Shown piece by piece: positions 10,987-24,852 of a DNA stretch of 64,000 nt. The notes below the pieces were generated by a model. It did not search any database. It was not told where the DNA came from and saw nothing but the letters and a program-made list of their open reading frames with translations. The stretch covers positions 19,096,001 to 19,160,000 of the forward strand of contig OX597826.1 of assembly GCA_951406725.2 (NCBI GenBank). The letters are read 5' to 3'. How positions within the stretch are numbered: the stretch's first letter is position 1; the number at the start of each line of letters is the position of its first letter. The translations under genes and the position numbers were made by a program. Origin of the DNA: Octopus vulgaris (taxonomy: Eukaryota).

Positions 10987-13007
10987 TGTGTGTGTGTTTG
11001 TGTATTTAGACCGACAGACAGACAGATAGATTAATAGCTTTTGTTTATACTGTGGCACAAAAACATAAAAGAGTTCAAAATAACATTACGAAGAAAATGT
11101 GTGTAGTTATTGTGTTTAATATATGTGAATAAACTCGCTGACGCGTACGGCTTACAGAATGAATGGAGCTGCAGTTTGGGTGTTATCCCTGTTTGTCGCG
11201 TATAAGTTTACAGCCGCGCGCACATGCATACACACGCTGTTACACACACATACATTCGTGCGTAAGTGTATAATAGCTGTGCACATACTATAATGGCCTC
11301 TGCTACGCGCAACTGGTTGGTTTCGCACCAGTTCTACTCAGACACTCCCTACTACCACTCGACCTTCTATCTCTATTCAACCTTGTCGTGTACGAATCCC
11401 CACGCCACCGCAGCAACCACTATGCCCAGTTTTTGTTTGTTTCTTTTTTAATCTTTTCTCTGCTTATGTTGGCCTGCAAAAGTTTAAGCGGAATATTAAC
11501 GGCATCAGTCTCAGTGGTTCCAGCATAATGGCTCTAAATGTCGAAATCACTCTCTCTTCCTTCAGATTCTACAGGTAAAAAGAAAAAAACACATACTTCC
11601 ATATCTTAAATGATTGGTATGATTTGAGCGAATCAAGTGAACACATAGTGTCAGAGTAATGCATTCTGCTGACCAATTAAACCCTCCTCACAAACTGATC
11701 ACATCAATACAATTGATGTTACGATAAATTATGGAAAACTGGATAGTGTCCCTGCGATACACAAAGAAGGCGGCGAGATAGACTGTTCGCTCGAGGTGGT
11801 TCTATAGCGGGGCAGTACTGCTGATGTGCATTATGCTGTTTTCCAGGAGAGGGAAACAGCAAATGAAAAGACCAACGTGTTATACAACTAGCTACTTCAG
11901 AAAAGTGGAAACTTTTCTGAAGTTGTAATAGTGAAAGAACAAGCAGAGGGGAGCTGGTACGTATACGAGCCAGAGACTAAGGTGTGTTGGTCAGAGAATC
12001 TTTGCTTTCGGTTTTCAATTGCATTATAGTCGAATGGGCTTATTTTGCATGCGGTCCAGGATCTTTGCAGTAACGTAACAAGGTTTCGCATCGCCCTAGG
12101 TAACCCCTAGTGTTTGCTGGCCTCCTCCCACGAAAAGCACAATATGGAAAAATGTCAACCGCTACGCTAACGGATGGTTGTGAGCAACAGCTGCACAGTC
12201 CAGATGTAGAAACAGTATCCAGCTTGTGACTGTGAACGGAACGGCTACGCTGAGATGTTGTTTAAGCTAAGTTATATTTGTTGGGTCACCATGAAAGATA
12301 TCAGAGATCGTAAAACTTAGCAAAATATAACCTTTGAACTCTGCTCTGTCTCTTCAATATTCGATATTTTCTGTTTATTCAACAGTTATGTCACACACTA
12401 CAGTACAGAGTAGATGTTCACTTTTATGAGGTCAAGAGTCCAATATTTAAACCATAACAAAATTATTGATATTAAGTTTTCCTAGATTCGCTATTTCATT
12501 TCAGAAAACCACCAAACTGTAGATAACATAAATAGTTCACACCTCTGCATATAATATAAAGCTTTTAACAGCAATCAAATCTGTCGTTCTTAAACTGGAA
12601 GGGCACATTCGATAATGTAGTCTCTAATATACAAGACGAGATGATCATGTTGAAAAGTCTTTAATCGTAACCTGGTCCAAGGGTTGATTTCGGGTTCATC
12701 ATGATCATCCTTATACATTTCTTCTCCTTGTCCTCCTCTTCATCATCATCGATGCAAACAACAATAGTCACATATGGAATGAAAATTCAATAAGCAATCA
12801 TAGACATAAAATAAACATCAAATAATGCGTATGAGTTTATGTATCAACTTCTGCTCGTGTGTTATGTGAGTGAACATACATACGTTTGTACGTACGTAGA
12901 TACATGCATGCATGCATACATACATGTATGCATGCATACATGCATACATACATACATACATACATACATACATACATACATACATACATACATACATACA
13001 TACACAT

Positions 13008-13275
13008 TGATGGTGAAACTCTTGCTCCAGGATGGAAAAACGCATGGAAGAGACTTGATTGTTGGATATTGGTGCATGAAACTAACATTCCACCGACCAT
13101 ATCTTATCTATCCGTACCAGCAAACTCTCATTGGGAACAGAAGCAGACCACACTGGTTAGCTCTGGCAGAGACAAAATTGATCCCCAAATGCAGAACCAC
13201 CCACATGGCAAAAAATTACAGGCCATTTGCATACCAGAACTTAATGTATAAGATATATACAGCGTGTTCCCTCCT
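13008..13275 (+). mobile_element. Dong/R4-like LINE reverse transcriptase fragment
   Basis: PHWLALAETKLIPK...NYRPFAYQNLMYKIYT corresponds to N-terminal RT motifs. Confidence 0.75.
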
Positions 13276-13496
13276 CAATAATAATAAAAAATAGAAGCGA
13301 TATACACACATACATACGTAAATACATACATGCAAACATACATACATACATACATACATACATACATACATACATACAAACATACATACATACATACATA
13401 CATACATACATACATACATACAAACATACATACATACATACATACATACATACATACATACAAACATACATACATACATACATAGATACATACATA

Positions 13497-13598
13497 CCCT
13501 GTTGTTGATGTCGAAACTCCAATGAAGGAGCCTTAGATCTAGGCTAGAAACTGACTCTTTATTGGCAAGAAATCTTGAAATAAAACTGAATAATGACA
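13497..13598 (+). mobile_element. Short (CATA)n-embedded element with diverged HHR-like fold
   Basis: CCAATGAAGGAGCCT-tagatct-AGGCT-A-GAAAC; homologue at 61903-62005. Confidence 0.5.
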
Positions 13599-13631
13599 TA
13601 TATATGTACATACATACATTACATGGAATGC

Positions 13632-13760
13632 GAGCAAGAGAAATAATATTCATAAGATTATAAATCTGGAAAAGTTCAGGACAACTTATTACATCTGGTA
13701 AATTTTCTTGTCCTGAACTTTTCCAGATTTATAATCTTAAGAATATTATTTCTCTTGCTC
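13632..13760. repeat. Inverted repeat, 53-bp arms, 1 mismatch
   Basis: 13632-13684 versus 13708-13760. Confidence 0.95.
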
Positions 13761-15043
13761 ACATTTTCCCATGTAATCCATGGTTTTTCCAGGCTATACT
13801 ATTATGCTAATTAATAATGTGTCAAATGTGTCAATTAGCGGTGTCTTTGATAATTTTTCCTTACTTCAATGACACCGGTGACATGTATCAAAAGTCCTCT
13901 TATAGAACTATATTCATAAAAAAAGTATAGAACTATATTAGCGCCCTCAAATATGGGAAACAAACACTCATAACTTTTTTCATTCAAAACTTCATTGCGT
14001 AAAATTGATACCACGAAATTCCTCGAATTGAGCTTTATCATTTAAGCTTTATTAAAATATAGTTTACTTTTAAAATAAAAAGTTAATTATACTTAAATCC
14101 AAATTTTTGCCTTATATATTTTCATGATATTTTACCGCATAACTTTTTTGATGCAAATTTTTGTTGCTTGCGAGCAAAAGTATGAAATTCCTCATGCTTC
14201 CTTCTGTCATTGAAGCTAAGACAAATACATTTTGTTTTTAAAATTAAAAAAAAGTTATTTAGATCTAAACTTGATTGGTGGCGTTACTTCCTCTCCTATA
14301 ACGTTGCTACAAATTTTGATGTAAACTTTTTTTCTATGAGACCAACTCCCAATTTTTTATGCTAGGGGACCAGTCCTCTTCAAAATGTTAACAGTTTTCA
14401 ATTTGGTTAAGAACTGAATTAGCGACAATCTCTGAGAGATGCTGCGTGCGAATAAATTGCGGCCTTAAGAATATTATTCAATTACTACCATTGTTGAATG
14501 ATACATACATACATACATATAATTACACACACACACACACACACTTATATATGTGTGTGTACGTGCATCCATAGATATGCACGTTTGTGTGTATGTGTGT
14601 GAGTTTGCGCACGCGCATAAACTATATTAAGTATTAAAGTAAATGTATCTCGATGATGTTGATGACGACGCCGACGACGACGACGACGTCAGTGCGTGGT
14701 AATGAGGATGGTAGCACTCGTATGGCGATGAGCGTGGGGGGATGAAGATAATGACGGTTGTGTTTGTCTTGGTGCTGGTGATGATGTGAAGTGTGTTTAT
14801 GAATCTAAAGCCGGAGTTGTTATCATCGTACTTAGCTTTACGGTCAAATTAATTCCACTGAGGAGGTTTGTCCAGATATGATTAACGGATTCAGGAGATT
14901 AAGATTAAAGTGGCTTTGGTAGTTTTCTAATGTGGTTGTGACGGATGGAAAGTGTCAGATTCTGGCTACACGAGTTTGTGTGGATGTGGGTGGAGTGTAG
15001 CTCTTGGTGTGTGTGTATATATATGTATGTATATGTATGTATG

Positions 15044-15075
<32 letters not shown>

Positions 15076-15103
15076 TGTATGTATGTATGTATGTATGTAT
15101 GTA

Positions 15104-15136
<33 letters not shown>

Positions 15137-15559
15137 GTGTATGTGTGTGTGTATGTATGTATGTATGTATGTGTGTATGTCTGTGTGTGAAATAATGATG
15201 GTGGCTTTTGATATGTGTGCGCGTTTTCGGAGGAGATAGAGAGTGGGAGTGGCTGTTGTGTATCTGTGTCTGTGTGCGTGTGTGTGTGTGCGTGTGTGTG
15301 CGTATGTGTGTGTGTGTGTGTATGTGTATGAGAGAGAGAAGAATGACAGAAAATGCGGTTAAGAACGGTTTTGATGTATGTCTGTGTGAATGAGAAAGAC
15401 TGAACGTGGTTACTTGTGTGTGCTGACACCAATATCGGGCCTCTGTTCATCTATGTATGTGCGTGTGAGTGTGTCTGTATATGTGTCCGTGAGTATATTT
15501 GACACACAGAATACACGAGTGGGTCTTTGAGCGTGATGGCCATTTATGGGAACCTATGT

Positions 15560-15968
15560 ACTCTTTACTCTTTTACTCTTTTACTTGTTTCAGTCATTTG
15601 ACTGCGGCCATGCTGGAGCACCGCCTTTAGTCGAGCAAATCGACCCCGGGACTTATACTTTTGTAAGTCCAGTACTTATTCTATCAGTCTCTTTTGCCGA
15701 ACCGCCAAGTGACGGGGACATAAACACACCAGCATCAGTTGTTCAAGCAATGCTAGGGGGACAAACACAAACATACACGCATACATATATATACATATAT
15801 ATACATATATACGACGGGCTTCTTTCAGTTTCCATCTACCAAATTCACTCACAAGGCTTTGGTCGGCCCGATGCTATAGAAGAAGACACTTGCCCAAGGT
15901 GCCACGCAGTGGGACTGAACCCGAAACCATGCGGTTGGTAAACAAGCTACTTACCACACAGCCACTCC
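15560..15968 (-). mobile_element. SINE family A, near full length
   Basis: tRNA-like head, CCTTGGGCAAGT block, internal (TA)/(TG) tract, (GTAAAAGA)n tail. Confidence 0.92.
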
Positions 15969-16503
15969 ATATTGTTAATGATTCTCGATATGTATATATA
16001 GGGTAAAGACTCAAACCTAAGCAGACGACTGGTGAGCTCTGCCGGTAGAAATTGTAATTATAGATTAAGTGTAAAGTTTTTTGGAATTTCGTTAGGAGAG
16101 GAATTTCCGCTCGTCCGGACAAAGAACTTCTTCAGGAAGTAAGAAAAGTGAGTGTGTGTGCACGAGCGAGTGTTTGTGTTTGTATGTGTGTGTGTGTGCG
16201 TGTGTGTGTGTGTGTGTACTTCCTACTCATTGGATCTGGAAAAAGAAGCAGTGCCTACAGCCTTCGCAGGCGCCAATGATCTGTAGTAATTGCAAAGTCA
16301 ACAGCTTCAGGAAAAGACATAAGATTTGGGGAAATTCCAAAGGATTGATTTTCTGAGGAGATGGATTGGGAGTAATGGTTAGTGTAGGATGTGGGTTTAA
16401 GGACTCAACATAGATTGCGGAAAGAGAAGAGACGAGTGGGTGGAGGGTACCTGAGTGGTGGTGGTGGTAAGATACCTGTTAGCTCCGACAAAGACAGACC
16501 ATT

Positions 16504-16561
<58 letters not shown>

Positions 16562-17081
16562 ACAGAACGCCTGCGGTGTGGTGTGGTGTGATGATGTGTA
16601 TGTTCATATGTGTATGCGCGTGCCCGTGTGTGGGTATGGGAGAGAGAGATAATAAATAGCAAGGGATTATCAATCCGGGTAAAATACTTCATAAGCTCTC
16701 TGTCGGCTCACCAAGCTAACAATATTACTTCAATCAGTAAAGAACTCCAGGTAATCGTGTGGGTAGGGGCCAAGGTTACGGTTCATCACAATTCTATATT
16801 GTAAATATTCTATATTGTAAACCAGACAAATTGGTTTTTACACATTCCTTCAGTGCTCTGCTTGTTAAACCAAAAATGGCTCTGATGAAAGCAGCATTAA
16901 TTTTCTTAAGTCGTTTAATCTTTCGCAGTTGATCAATAGACCAACTGAATAATTTTATCTGTAATGTACCTGTAATGACTACTGGAAACAGCTGTAAGCC
17001 AAATTTGCCTCAATAAAAGAAAAATATGTAATGACCATTATTTTTAACTTGCTTTCTTTTGTACACACACACACACACACA

Positions 17082-17120
<39 letters not shown>

Positions 17121-17146
17121 TTATGTATGTATTTATGTATATATAT

Positions 17147-19062
17147 TATGGCTGCGGAATTTAAAGATTAATTAATCGATTAATCGTTAATTTATTTTAA
17201 CATTAAATTTTTGTTTTAACAATTAATTTTTTTTAATCGGTTTATATTTAATTTTCTGCCTATCACTAATAAACGTGCCGGAAGTCGGGAAGCAATAGAA
17301 ACAACAGTAAAATGGCGTCGGAGAAGAATTGAGTTATGAAATATAAACCTATGTCAGGTGGATTACATGAACATTTTGGACTTATATTGTTGGCTGGCGG
17401 TAATATAATATCAAAACTGTTGATATCGTTTACTGCATCCATTGCGACAATATCAACAGTAGAAGACGATGGCCTTCAGCAAGTATTGCGTACAGCGCTT
17501 CAAAATGCCGAATATCAACTACCTTGCCGGCGCACTATTGATAAAATATTGGCTGATATCTATAACAGCAAAAGAGAAAGTGTTAAAGAAGCAGTGAAAA
17601 GTTCAAAGGCAATTGCGCTAATGTCTGATTTTTGGACATCCCTAGGTAATGAAAGTTATGGCGGAATCACCGGCCATTGGATTGCTGATGACTGGAATTT
17701 AATAAGTGTTATTCTTGAATGTGTGCATGCTGTTGAATGTCACTATTCTAACAATGGTGCCAAGTTATATAAAGAATTTGTAAAAGACTGGGATATAACA
17801 AAGAAGATTCAGGTTCTAGTAAGAGACAATGCACGAAATTTGGTTTCAGCTGTTAATCAAACTGGTTTTGCTCATATTCCGTGTTTGGGTCATAGCCTGC
17901 AGATGAGCATATTGCATGGGTTTAAAGCCGCGGAGACAGAAACATTGTTTGTTAAATGTCGAAAAATCATAGGAGATTTTAAACTGAATTGCAGAATTGT
18001 AGTGACTCAGCATTGTGTAAGCTACAGCAAAATATTCCAACAAGATGGAACAGTACTTTGCTAATGCTGCAGAGTCTGCTGCAGGCGAGAGAAGCAATAA
18101 TAATCTACATGTCAGACGAAGAGAAGCAATATAAAGGTCCAAAACTGTTCGATTCTGATTGGGAAAAGATTTCAAAATGCATCAACGTTTTAGACTTATT
18201 CTGTTAGGCTCCGATCGTGCTTGGCGATGAAACATGTGTCGTGTATCAGTGTATTGTCACTGTTATTGTTTTTGACAAAGCACATGACTGTAAATGATGA
18301 TGATCCAGGTTATATAGCCAGATTCAAGGCAGCATCTGTTAATGGCTTCAGCAAACGTGTAACTGATATGGAAAGTATTGAAATATTACAGATTCCAACA
18401 GCACTTGATCCACGATATAAAAACTTGAAGTGTTTATCAGACGATTCAAAAGAACAAACTTGGTTACTTGTTGGACAACAAATAGCAGTTGATGTTAATG
18501 ATGATCGGTTGAAGACTAATGCACAAGATGATACTAACAGTTTCAATAAAACTATATACGAACCTATTGAAAAGCGTATTGAGCTGAAGGACTCAGACTT
18601 AGAAGAGGGTGTTGAAAACGCTTCTGATGAAGTACTGCGATATAAAATGGAGAAAGAAGTTGCTGAATCAATTGATCCACTACAATGGTAGAAACTTAAT
18701 GAACATCGATATCGTAAATTGGCATTTTTTGTCAAGACTGTCCTGTGCATACCAGCTACCTCGGTTCCGTGTGAACGATTATTTAGCTCTGCTGGTCACA
18801 TTGTAAACAAGACGCGCTCATCACTCGAACCAAATACTGTTAACATGCTTGTGTGTTTGTGTAACTGGTTATCCAACAAAATTTGAGGGAGAAAACACCT
18901 TTGCTATTTCTTGTTTTCAACTGAATTTTAATTGAAATATCATAAACTTGTCAATAAATGCAACTGCAGACATTTTTGTGTTTTAATCGAAATTAACTAT
19001 TAATTGATCGTTAATTTCTCAAACGTTAATTATTAAGATTAAATTAATCGTTACCAGCCCTA
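17147..19062 (+). mobile_element. hAT (Ac/ZBED1-like) DNA transposon, transposase pseudogene
   Basis: Ends TATGGCTG / CAGCCCTA with TTAATCG subterminal repeats. Motifs DFWTS, DNARN, PCLGH, TRWNST, LDPRYK, PATSVPCERLFSSAG are spread over frameshifted ORFs 17336-18885. Confidence 0.93.
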
Positions 19063-19063
19063 T

Positions 19064-19126
<63 letters not shown>

Positions 19127-19127
19127 T

Positions 19128-19531
19128 TATTCTTTTTCTTCTTTCTTTTACTTGTTTCAGTCATTTGACTGCGGCCATGCTGGAGCACCGCCTTTAGTCG
19201 AGCAAATCGACCCCGGGACTTATTCTTTGTAAGCCCAGTACTTATTCTATCGGTCTCTTTTGCCGAACCGCTAAGTGACGGGGACGTAAACACACTGGCA
19301 TCGGTTGTCAAGCAATGCTACGGGGACAAACACACACACATACACACATATATATATATACATATATACGACAGGCTTCTTTCAGTTTCCGTCTACCAAA
19401 TCCACTCACAAGGCATTGGTCGGCCCGGGGCTATAGTAGAAGACACTTGCCCAAGATGCCACGCAGTAGGACTGAACACGGAACCATGTGGTTGGTTAGC
19501 AAGCTACTTACCACACAGCCACTCCTGCGCC

Positions 19532-19533
<2 letters not shown>
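19128..19533 (-). mobile_element. SINE family A, full length
   Basis: Highly similar to 29294-29713 and 42125-42483. Confidence 0.93.
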
Positions 19534-19615
<82 letters not shown>

Positions 19616-19616
19616 C

Positions 19617-19655
<39 letters not shown>

Positions 19656-19657
19656 CA

Positions 19658-19691
<34 letters not shown>

Positions 19692-20454
19692 CATACATAC
19701 ATACATTCATACATACGTACAAAAATACATACATACATACAAACAAAGTACATACGTTCATATGCATGTTCATAAGTGTGTACAAGTTTATACGCGTGTG
19801 TGCATGTATGTATGCCGCTTGTAGGTTTAACTTTTTAATTTCAAATTCTGGCAGAATCAATTTCATTGAATTTACATCACAGATGTCATTAAAAGAGAAG
19901 ATAATGTTCCTTCTTCACATCACCAAACAGACCTGTGTAGAAAGCACGAGATACTTTGTATTGAACCTAAATACTCAGATATTCACCACATTATGAATGT
20001 TATATAACCCTACTGGATAGAGAAAAAGTTGCTGTTTAGCCCCAGGTGAGTCAGAACTGAACAGACCTATAACTGAAAAGTTTCAGCTGTGAACAGCCCG
20101 TCTTCTTGTAAACCCGGGGCTAAATTATGCACTACATCCTTCTTTTTAGACAGCAGGGAATGTCTTGAGAGTGATTCAATTGTTATTTATTGCAGATCCT
20201 GCGACATCATAAAAGGTTCCTTCATTGGGTCGATGTGGACCAAAATATAGTTTCAGAAGATGTCGATACCATATTGATCCCGTCATGAAGAATCTGTTGC
20301 CTTTTCTCAATCATTATTATTAACATAATCTCACACCTCACTGAATCGCAGCTCACAATATTTCTCTACTTTTTCTAATCTGACTCATGCCAACACCGAC
20401 CATAATTAGCCAAGTAGTGCAACTAGCTGACTATATGAAACACACATATGCACA

Positions 20455-20712
20455 AGCACACGCACTTAGACTCAAAAAGCGGAGCTTGTCACGATTCCCA
20501 ATGTCATGTAAGTAACTCGGAGTACAACACTCCTCTCCCACTGACATGACGTCGGATCGTCGCAAGGCTAACTTCCCAGCTATTGCTGGAATTAATTTAC
20601 AGCTGAGTGAACTGGAGCAACGTGAAATGATGTGCTTCACTCAAGAACAAAATGCACGCTCGCCCCGAGAATCGAAATTACGATCTTACGATCGATAGTA
20701 CAACACTAGGCC
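20455..20712 (-). mobile_element. tRNA-derived SINE (family C-related), degraded
   Basis: ACAGCTGAGTGAACTGGAG...CTCAAGAACA block shared with 57530-57862. Confidence 0.65.
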
Positions 20713-20829
20713 TCGCAACTTCACAAATACAAGATCAAAGCTCAGATAAACGGTTTGAATTTCAAGTTTCAATAAATCACACCGCCCTGCCTTTAGTATC
20801 GCGTAGTCTTCTCTTTCTCTCGCTTACAC

Positions 20830-21413
20830 TTACATCTATATACGTACAGCAACACAAGCACACACACGCGCGCGCGCATGAATGCATAAATGTACATATA
20901 AACTTATATATGAATACATACATCCACATACACTTATATATTAATGATGTATACAAATACTTAACAGATATAAATAATACTGAAGTATACATAAAGCAAA
21001 CACACGCAGATAAATATCTTAATATAACAAATAAAATTAACGATAAAAACATACAATCAATGAAGAGACAAAGGAAACAGTAAGATGATAAGTGTTGATT
21101 TTATTAGCTATTTCTGTTTAATTAGAAACCTACAATCAACAGGCCAGACGCTAAACTATAAATTTCAAAGGGTACAACATTAAAGGTGACACCGCTCTGC
21201 TAAACGTAGAAAATTTCTGTGCCACTATTGGCTACAAATACAGAGTTTTTCCGATTTTTAAACTTCTGTAACTTTTTCCTCCAATTGCTTTCACCACAAC
21301 ACCATATACCTTCATAGCAATGAGACTGCAAGACTACATTATTATAGCCGATTTTCAGATATTTTACTTCCTTTTAAAGAATGCATATTTTGCGAATGAA
21401 AAAAACTAGATCC
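20830..21413 (-). mobile_element. GGATC-terminated MITE, partial
   Basis: Reverse complement of the left half of 53940-55288; ends CTAGATCC. Confidence 0.88.
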
Positions 21414-21616
21414 AAGCTATGCTTATCCATTTATATATTACCGCCCTAAAATTTGAATTCTCTCTTTTCATTATACCCTTTACCCGAAGAAAATTTTAGT
21501 TATATCTACGAAACAGTTATTCCTATAACTTATTTTGATCGAATAATTTGTTTCTCAATTTATTCATTAAAGTTTGAGTCTGAAGCGTATATAGGGTTTA
21601 TTCAAAGGGAGATGGT

Positions 21617-21696
21617 ATTGGGGGTGGTGCTAAGCACGTCATAGCCCCCCTCCCTACGAGAGGGGGGACTATGACGTGCTTAGCCCCCGCCCCAAT
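21617..21696. repeat. GC-rich hairpin
   Basis: GCTAAGCACGTCATAG / CTATGACGTGCTTAGC perfect 16 bp, extendable on both sides. Confidence 0.9.
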
Positions 21697-21844
21697 CCAC
21701 TTTCAGGCCCTACTGTTTGAGAATTTCTGCTATTCCCTCTTGGAAGAATGCAGTTTGTATGTAGAAAACGCCGCAGCCTTCGTAGTGTTTGTAGACAGTT
21801 GAAAACAATACTTTTAACAAAACAATAAAAAAACGAAACATAGA

Positions 21845-22210
21845 AATGGTAAGTAGCTAGCTTACCAGCCACATGGTTCCGGGTTCAGTCTCACTGCGTG
21901 GTACCTTGGGCAAGTGTCTTTTATTATAGAGCCGACCAAAGCTTTGTGAGTAGATTTGTAAGACGGAAACTGAAAGAAGCCCGTCGTATAATATGTATAT
22001 GTATATATATGTGTGTGTGTGTGTTTGTCCCCCCACCCCAACATCGCTTGACAACCGATGCTGGTGTGTTTACGTCCCCGTAACTTAGCGGTTCAGCAAA
22101 AGAGGCCGATAGAATAAGTACTAGGCTTACAAAGAATAAGTCCTGGGGTCGATTTCCCGACTAAAGGCGGTGCTTCAGCATGGTCGCAGTCATGACAGAA
22201 ACAAGTAAAA
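21845..22210 (+). mobile_element. SINE family A
   Basis: Same family, plus orientation, slightly 5' truncated. Confidence 0.92.
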
Positions 22211-22969
22211 GTGGACACTTTAGAGAGACAAAGATCTTCATAAGATCTGATGTCACTAAAGAGGCAAATAGATTGTTTCTTTTGATTTAGTGGTGTGGGC
22301 AAAACGCGTGTGTGCGTGTGTGTGTATAGATACACACACACACACATTGTCTATCTCTAGCAACAAAAATCTTCTAGGTACACGTGTGTGTGGGGTATAC
22401 ACAGACACGTGCACACACACACATAGAGAGAGAGATTTATGGTGATGGTAACGCGCGCGCGCACACACACACACACATATATCAACAGCGATAAAAATTA
22501 ACAAGTCATTTTATTCCCCCCAGTCAAGAATGAGTTTGTGAATTCAGGGAAAAGGTAAGAAAAATGTCCATCATTGGTATTTTGAGCTTAGAATTTGAAT
22601 TTTTCCGAAAGATACATTCAGAAAGGCTTTTTAAGCTGAGGAGATTCACGGAATAATTTTTGTTTTTCTTTGAGCAAATTTTCCGAAAGTTTATACTGAA
22701 ATCGCTTTGCGTTTAACTGAAAAGGCATAACTTTGAAGAAATTTTAAAAAAAAACATGCTTGAACTGAAATCTCTTTGAGTTGAATTAAAAAATACATAA
22801 ATTTTAAGAAATTGCTACGCTTGTGCCCACGCATCAAAATCTGTCGACGGATCCGAGAATGGAACCAGAGTACTGACCCTAAAATTTATATATTTAAAAA
22901 ACTTTGTTTCTTATGCCACATACGACTCACCCTGTCGTTACATATATCTTTTATCTTTTACTGATTTCA

Positions 22970-24850
22970 GTATAAAGTGTTGGTTAAATCGTTTTTATTC
23001 AACCGACATAAGTGTAAAATCACTCAATGAAGTATACCTTTAAGTTCAGTGTACTACGGAGTGTTAGTACAATAATGAATCACTGCCGAAAAATAGAACT
23101 GAAGCAACCATTGGTAAACAGAAGAGAAATGCAAACGAAAAAGTTTCGCAGCTCAAGGAAGGTAGTATTAGTTTTGTAGAGTCTTTGACACCCTCATCGG
23201 TCGACTGCTAACCAATGCAGCCAGTTTGATCCAAAGATTTATGGAAGTTAGAAACGTGAATTCTCAAGCTATACCGGCCGTCCATGGTTAGAGTATTCTC
23301 TTTCAAAGAAAGTCTTGTTTTGTTTTTCTTGTCGGCACTTAAACACTTCTTCTCAAGCAGATAGTTGCTTTATTAAATTTGGATATTATAACTGGCATCA
23401 CACAAAAGAAAAAAAAGTTTGAATAATCACACAAACTCTGAAGCTTATATCCAAGCTATAGTTAGATGGAGGGAATGCAGACAGCATTTATTCACAACAT
23501 ATCCGTGTCTTCAATTTTGCAAAATGATGAATTGAGCAAAAACTGTTACTATATCAATTCATTTGTTGATATTGTGCATTTCCTATGCACAAACAAATTT
23601 CCTTTTCGAGGAAACGAAAATTAAGCTTTGGAAGATCTTTATTTGGAAGGTGAGACGTAGCCTTGTGATCTTTTCATGAAATTATTCCAATATACATTAA
23701 AGACTCAGTAGCAATGCAAAACGAAATCATCGAATTATTGAGGGGACACACTGTCAGCTTTGTTGTCGATGAAATAAAATGTTCTACTGTTCTTTACTTT
23801 ACGCTGAAATGTGATGGAAAACGTGATTTGAGTAATACTGAAAATATTGCGATTGTTATTAAGGCACTTGAAAAACGACATTGTTCTGGAAAACTTAGTT
23901 GCAATGCCAACTACTCGACATTATGATACTGAAATATTGACCGATTTATTAATTAAAAAATTAACCAACCTTGGCAATGACCCAAAGCGTATGTTGTCAC
24001 AATGCTATGATGGTGCTCCTGTGATGCCTGGCATAATAGAAAGATTCAGAATCAAAGAAAAATTCAGAATCTACTTGAAAATCATATACCCTATGTTCAT
24101 TGTCTTAATCATCGGGTCATCTTGTCATAGTTAACACAATAAAGCAAATTCCGGAGTTAGCTACGTTCTCCGACACCGTTAATATTCTTCAGAATTTTAT
24201 TGAACGGCCAAATATAGTTAGTCTCTGCAAAGGATTGAAATTGGAGCATAGGTCTAATGGAGCATAGGAGATCTGGTCATTTCAGTGCCATTGCTTCTGT
24301 AATAGAAAATCACTCCAAGATTGTTGGTTTGCTAACCGAGTGCATAGATTCATCAGATTCAAAAACGTGTATTGAGGCAACTGGAATTTTACATCAAGTT
24401 CATTCCAAAAGGCTTGTTTTTCTAGCCCTTGTTCTTAGCAAATTACTGCATATAATTAGGCCAATAAGACAAACAGCTTCAGAGTTACAATTGTGATACA
24501 CACCATGCCCTTGAGCTTCTTAAGCTTGCCAGGAGTGAAATAACCAAACTAAGAGACCCTTTAATATTTGATGAAATTCTGAAACAAACGAGTCAATTGG
24601 ATGTTATTGAGGAACGTATGCGTCGAAAATCTTGCGGGTTCCAACGTTTTTCAGATTATGTTGTTGAAGCCTTGCTATCATTACAAGATGACTAGATAAT
24701 CTTTCACCGCAAAATTTATTTCGCCATCATCGAAATGAGCCACATTGGGGGAGCCACATTTTCAGAGCAAAATGACAGCATATATTCTTCCTTGGCAAGT
24801 CTACTACCAATGTCCAAGATATTTTTTTGATCTTGATACTTTAAAACCTT
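22970..24850 (+). mobile_element. hAT (Tip100/ZMYM-like) transposase pseudogene
   Basis: Fragments LKCDGKRDLSNTENIAIVI, SQCYDGAPVM, YVHCLNH, EATGILHQV with many stops and frameshifts; termini not identified. Confidence 0.8.
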
Positions 24851-24852
24851 TG

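Noticed and set aside
11790-12290. Possible RTE-like RT fragment or host exon
   Set aside because: Motifs too degraded to support either call by eye.
16882-16890. CTGATGA as a hammerhead core
   Set aside because: No stem II or separate GAAA/NUH arrangement.
17336-18885. Domesticated ZBED-like host gene
   Set aside because: Multiple frameshifts and stops, with transposon termini retained.
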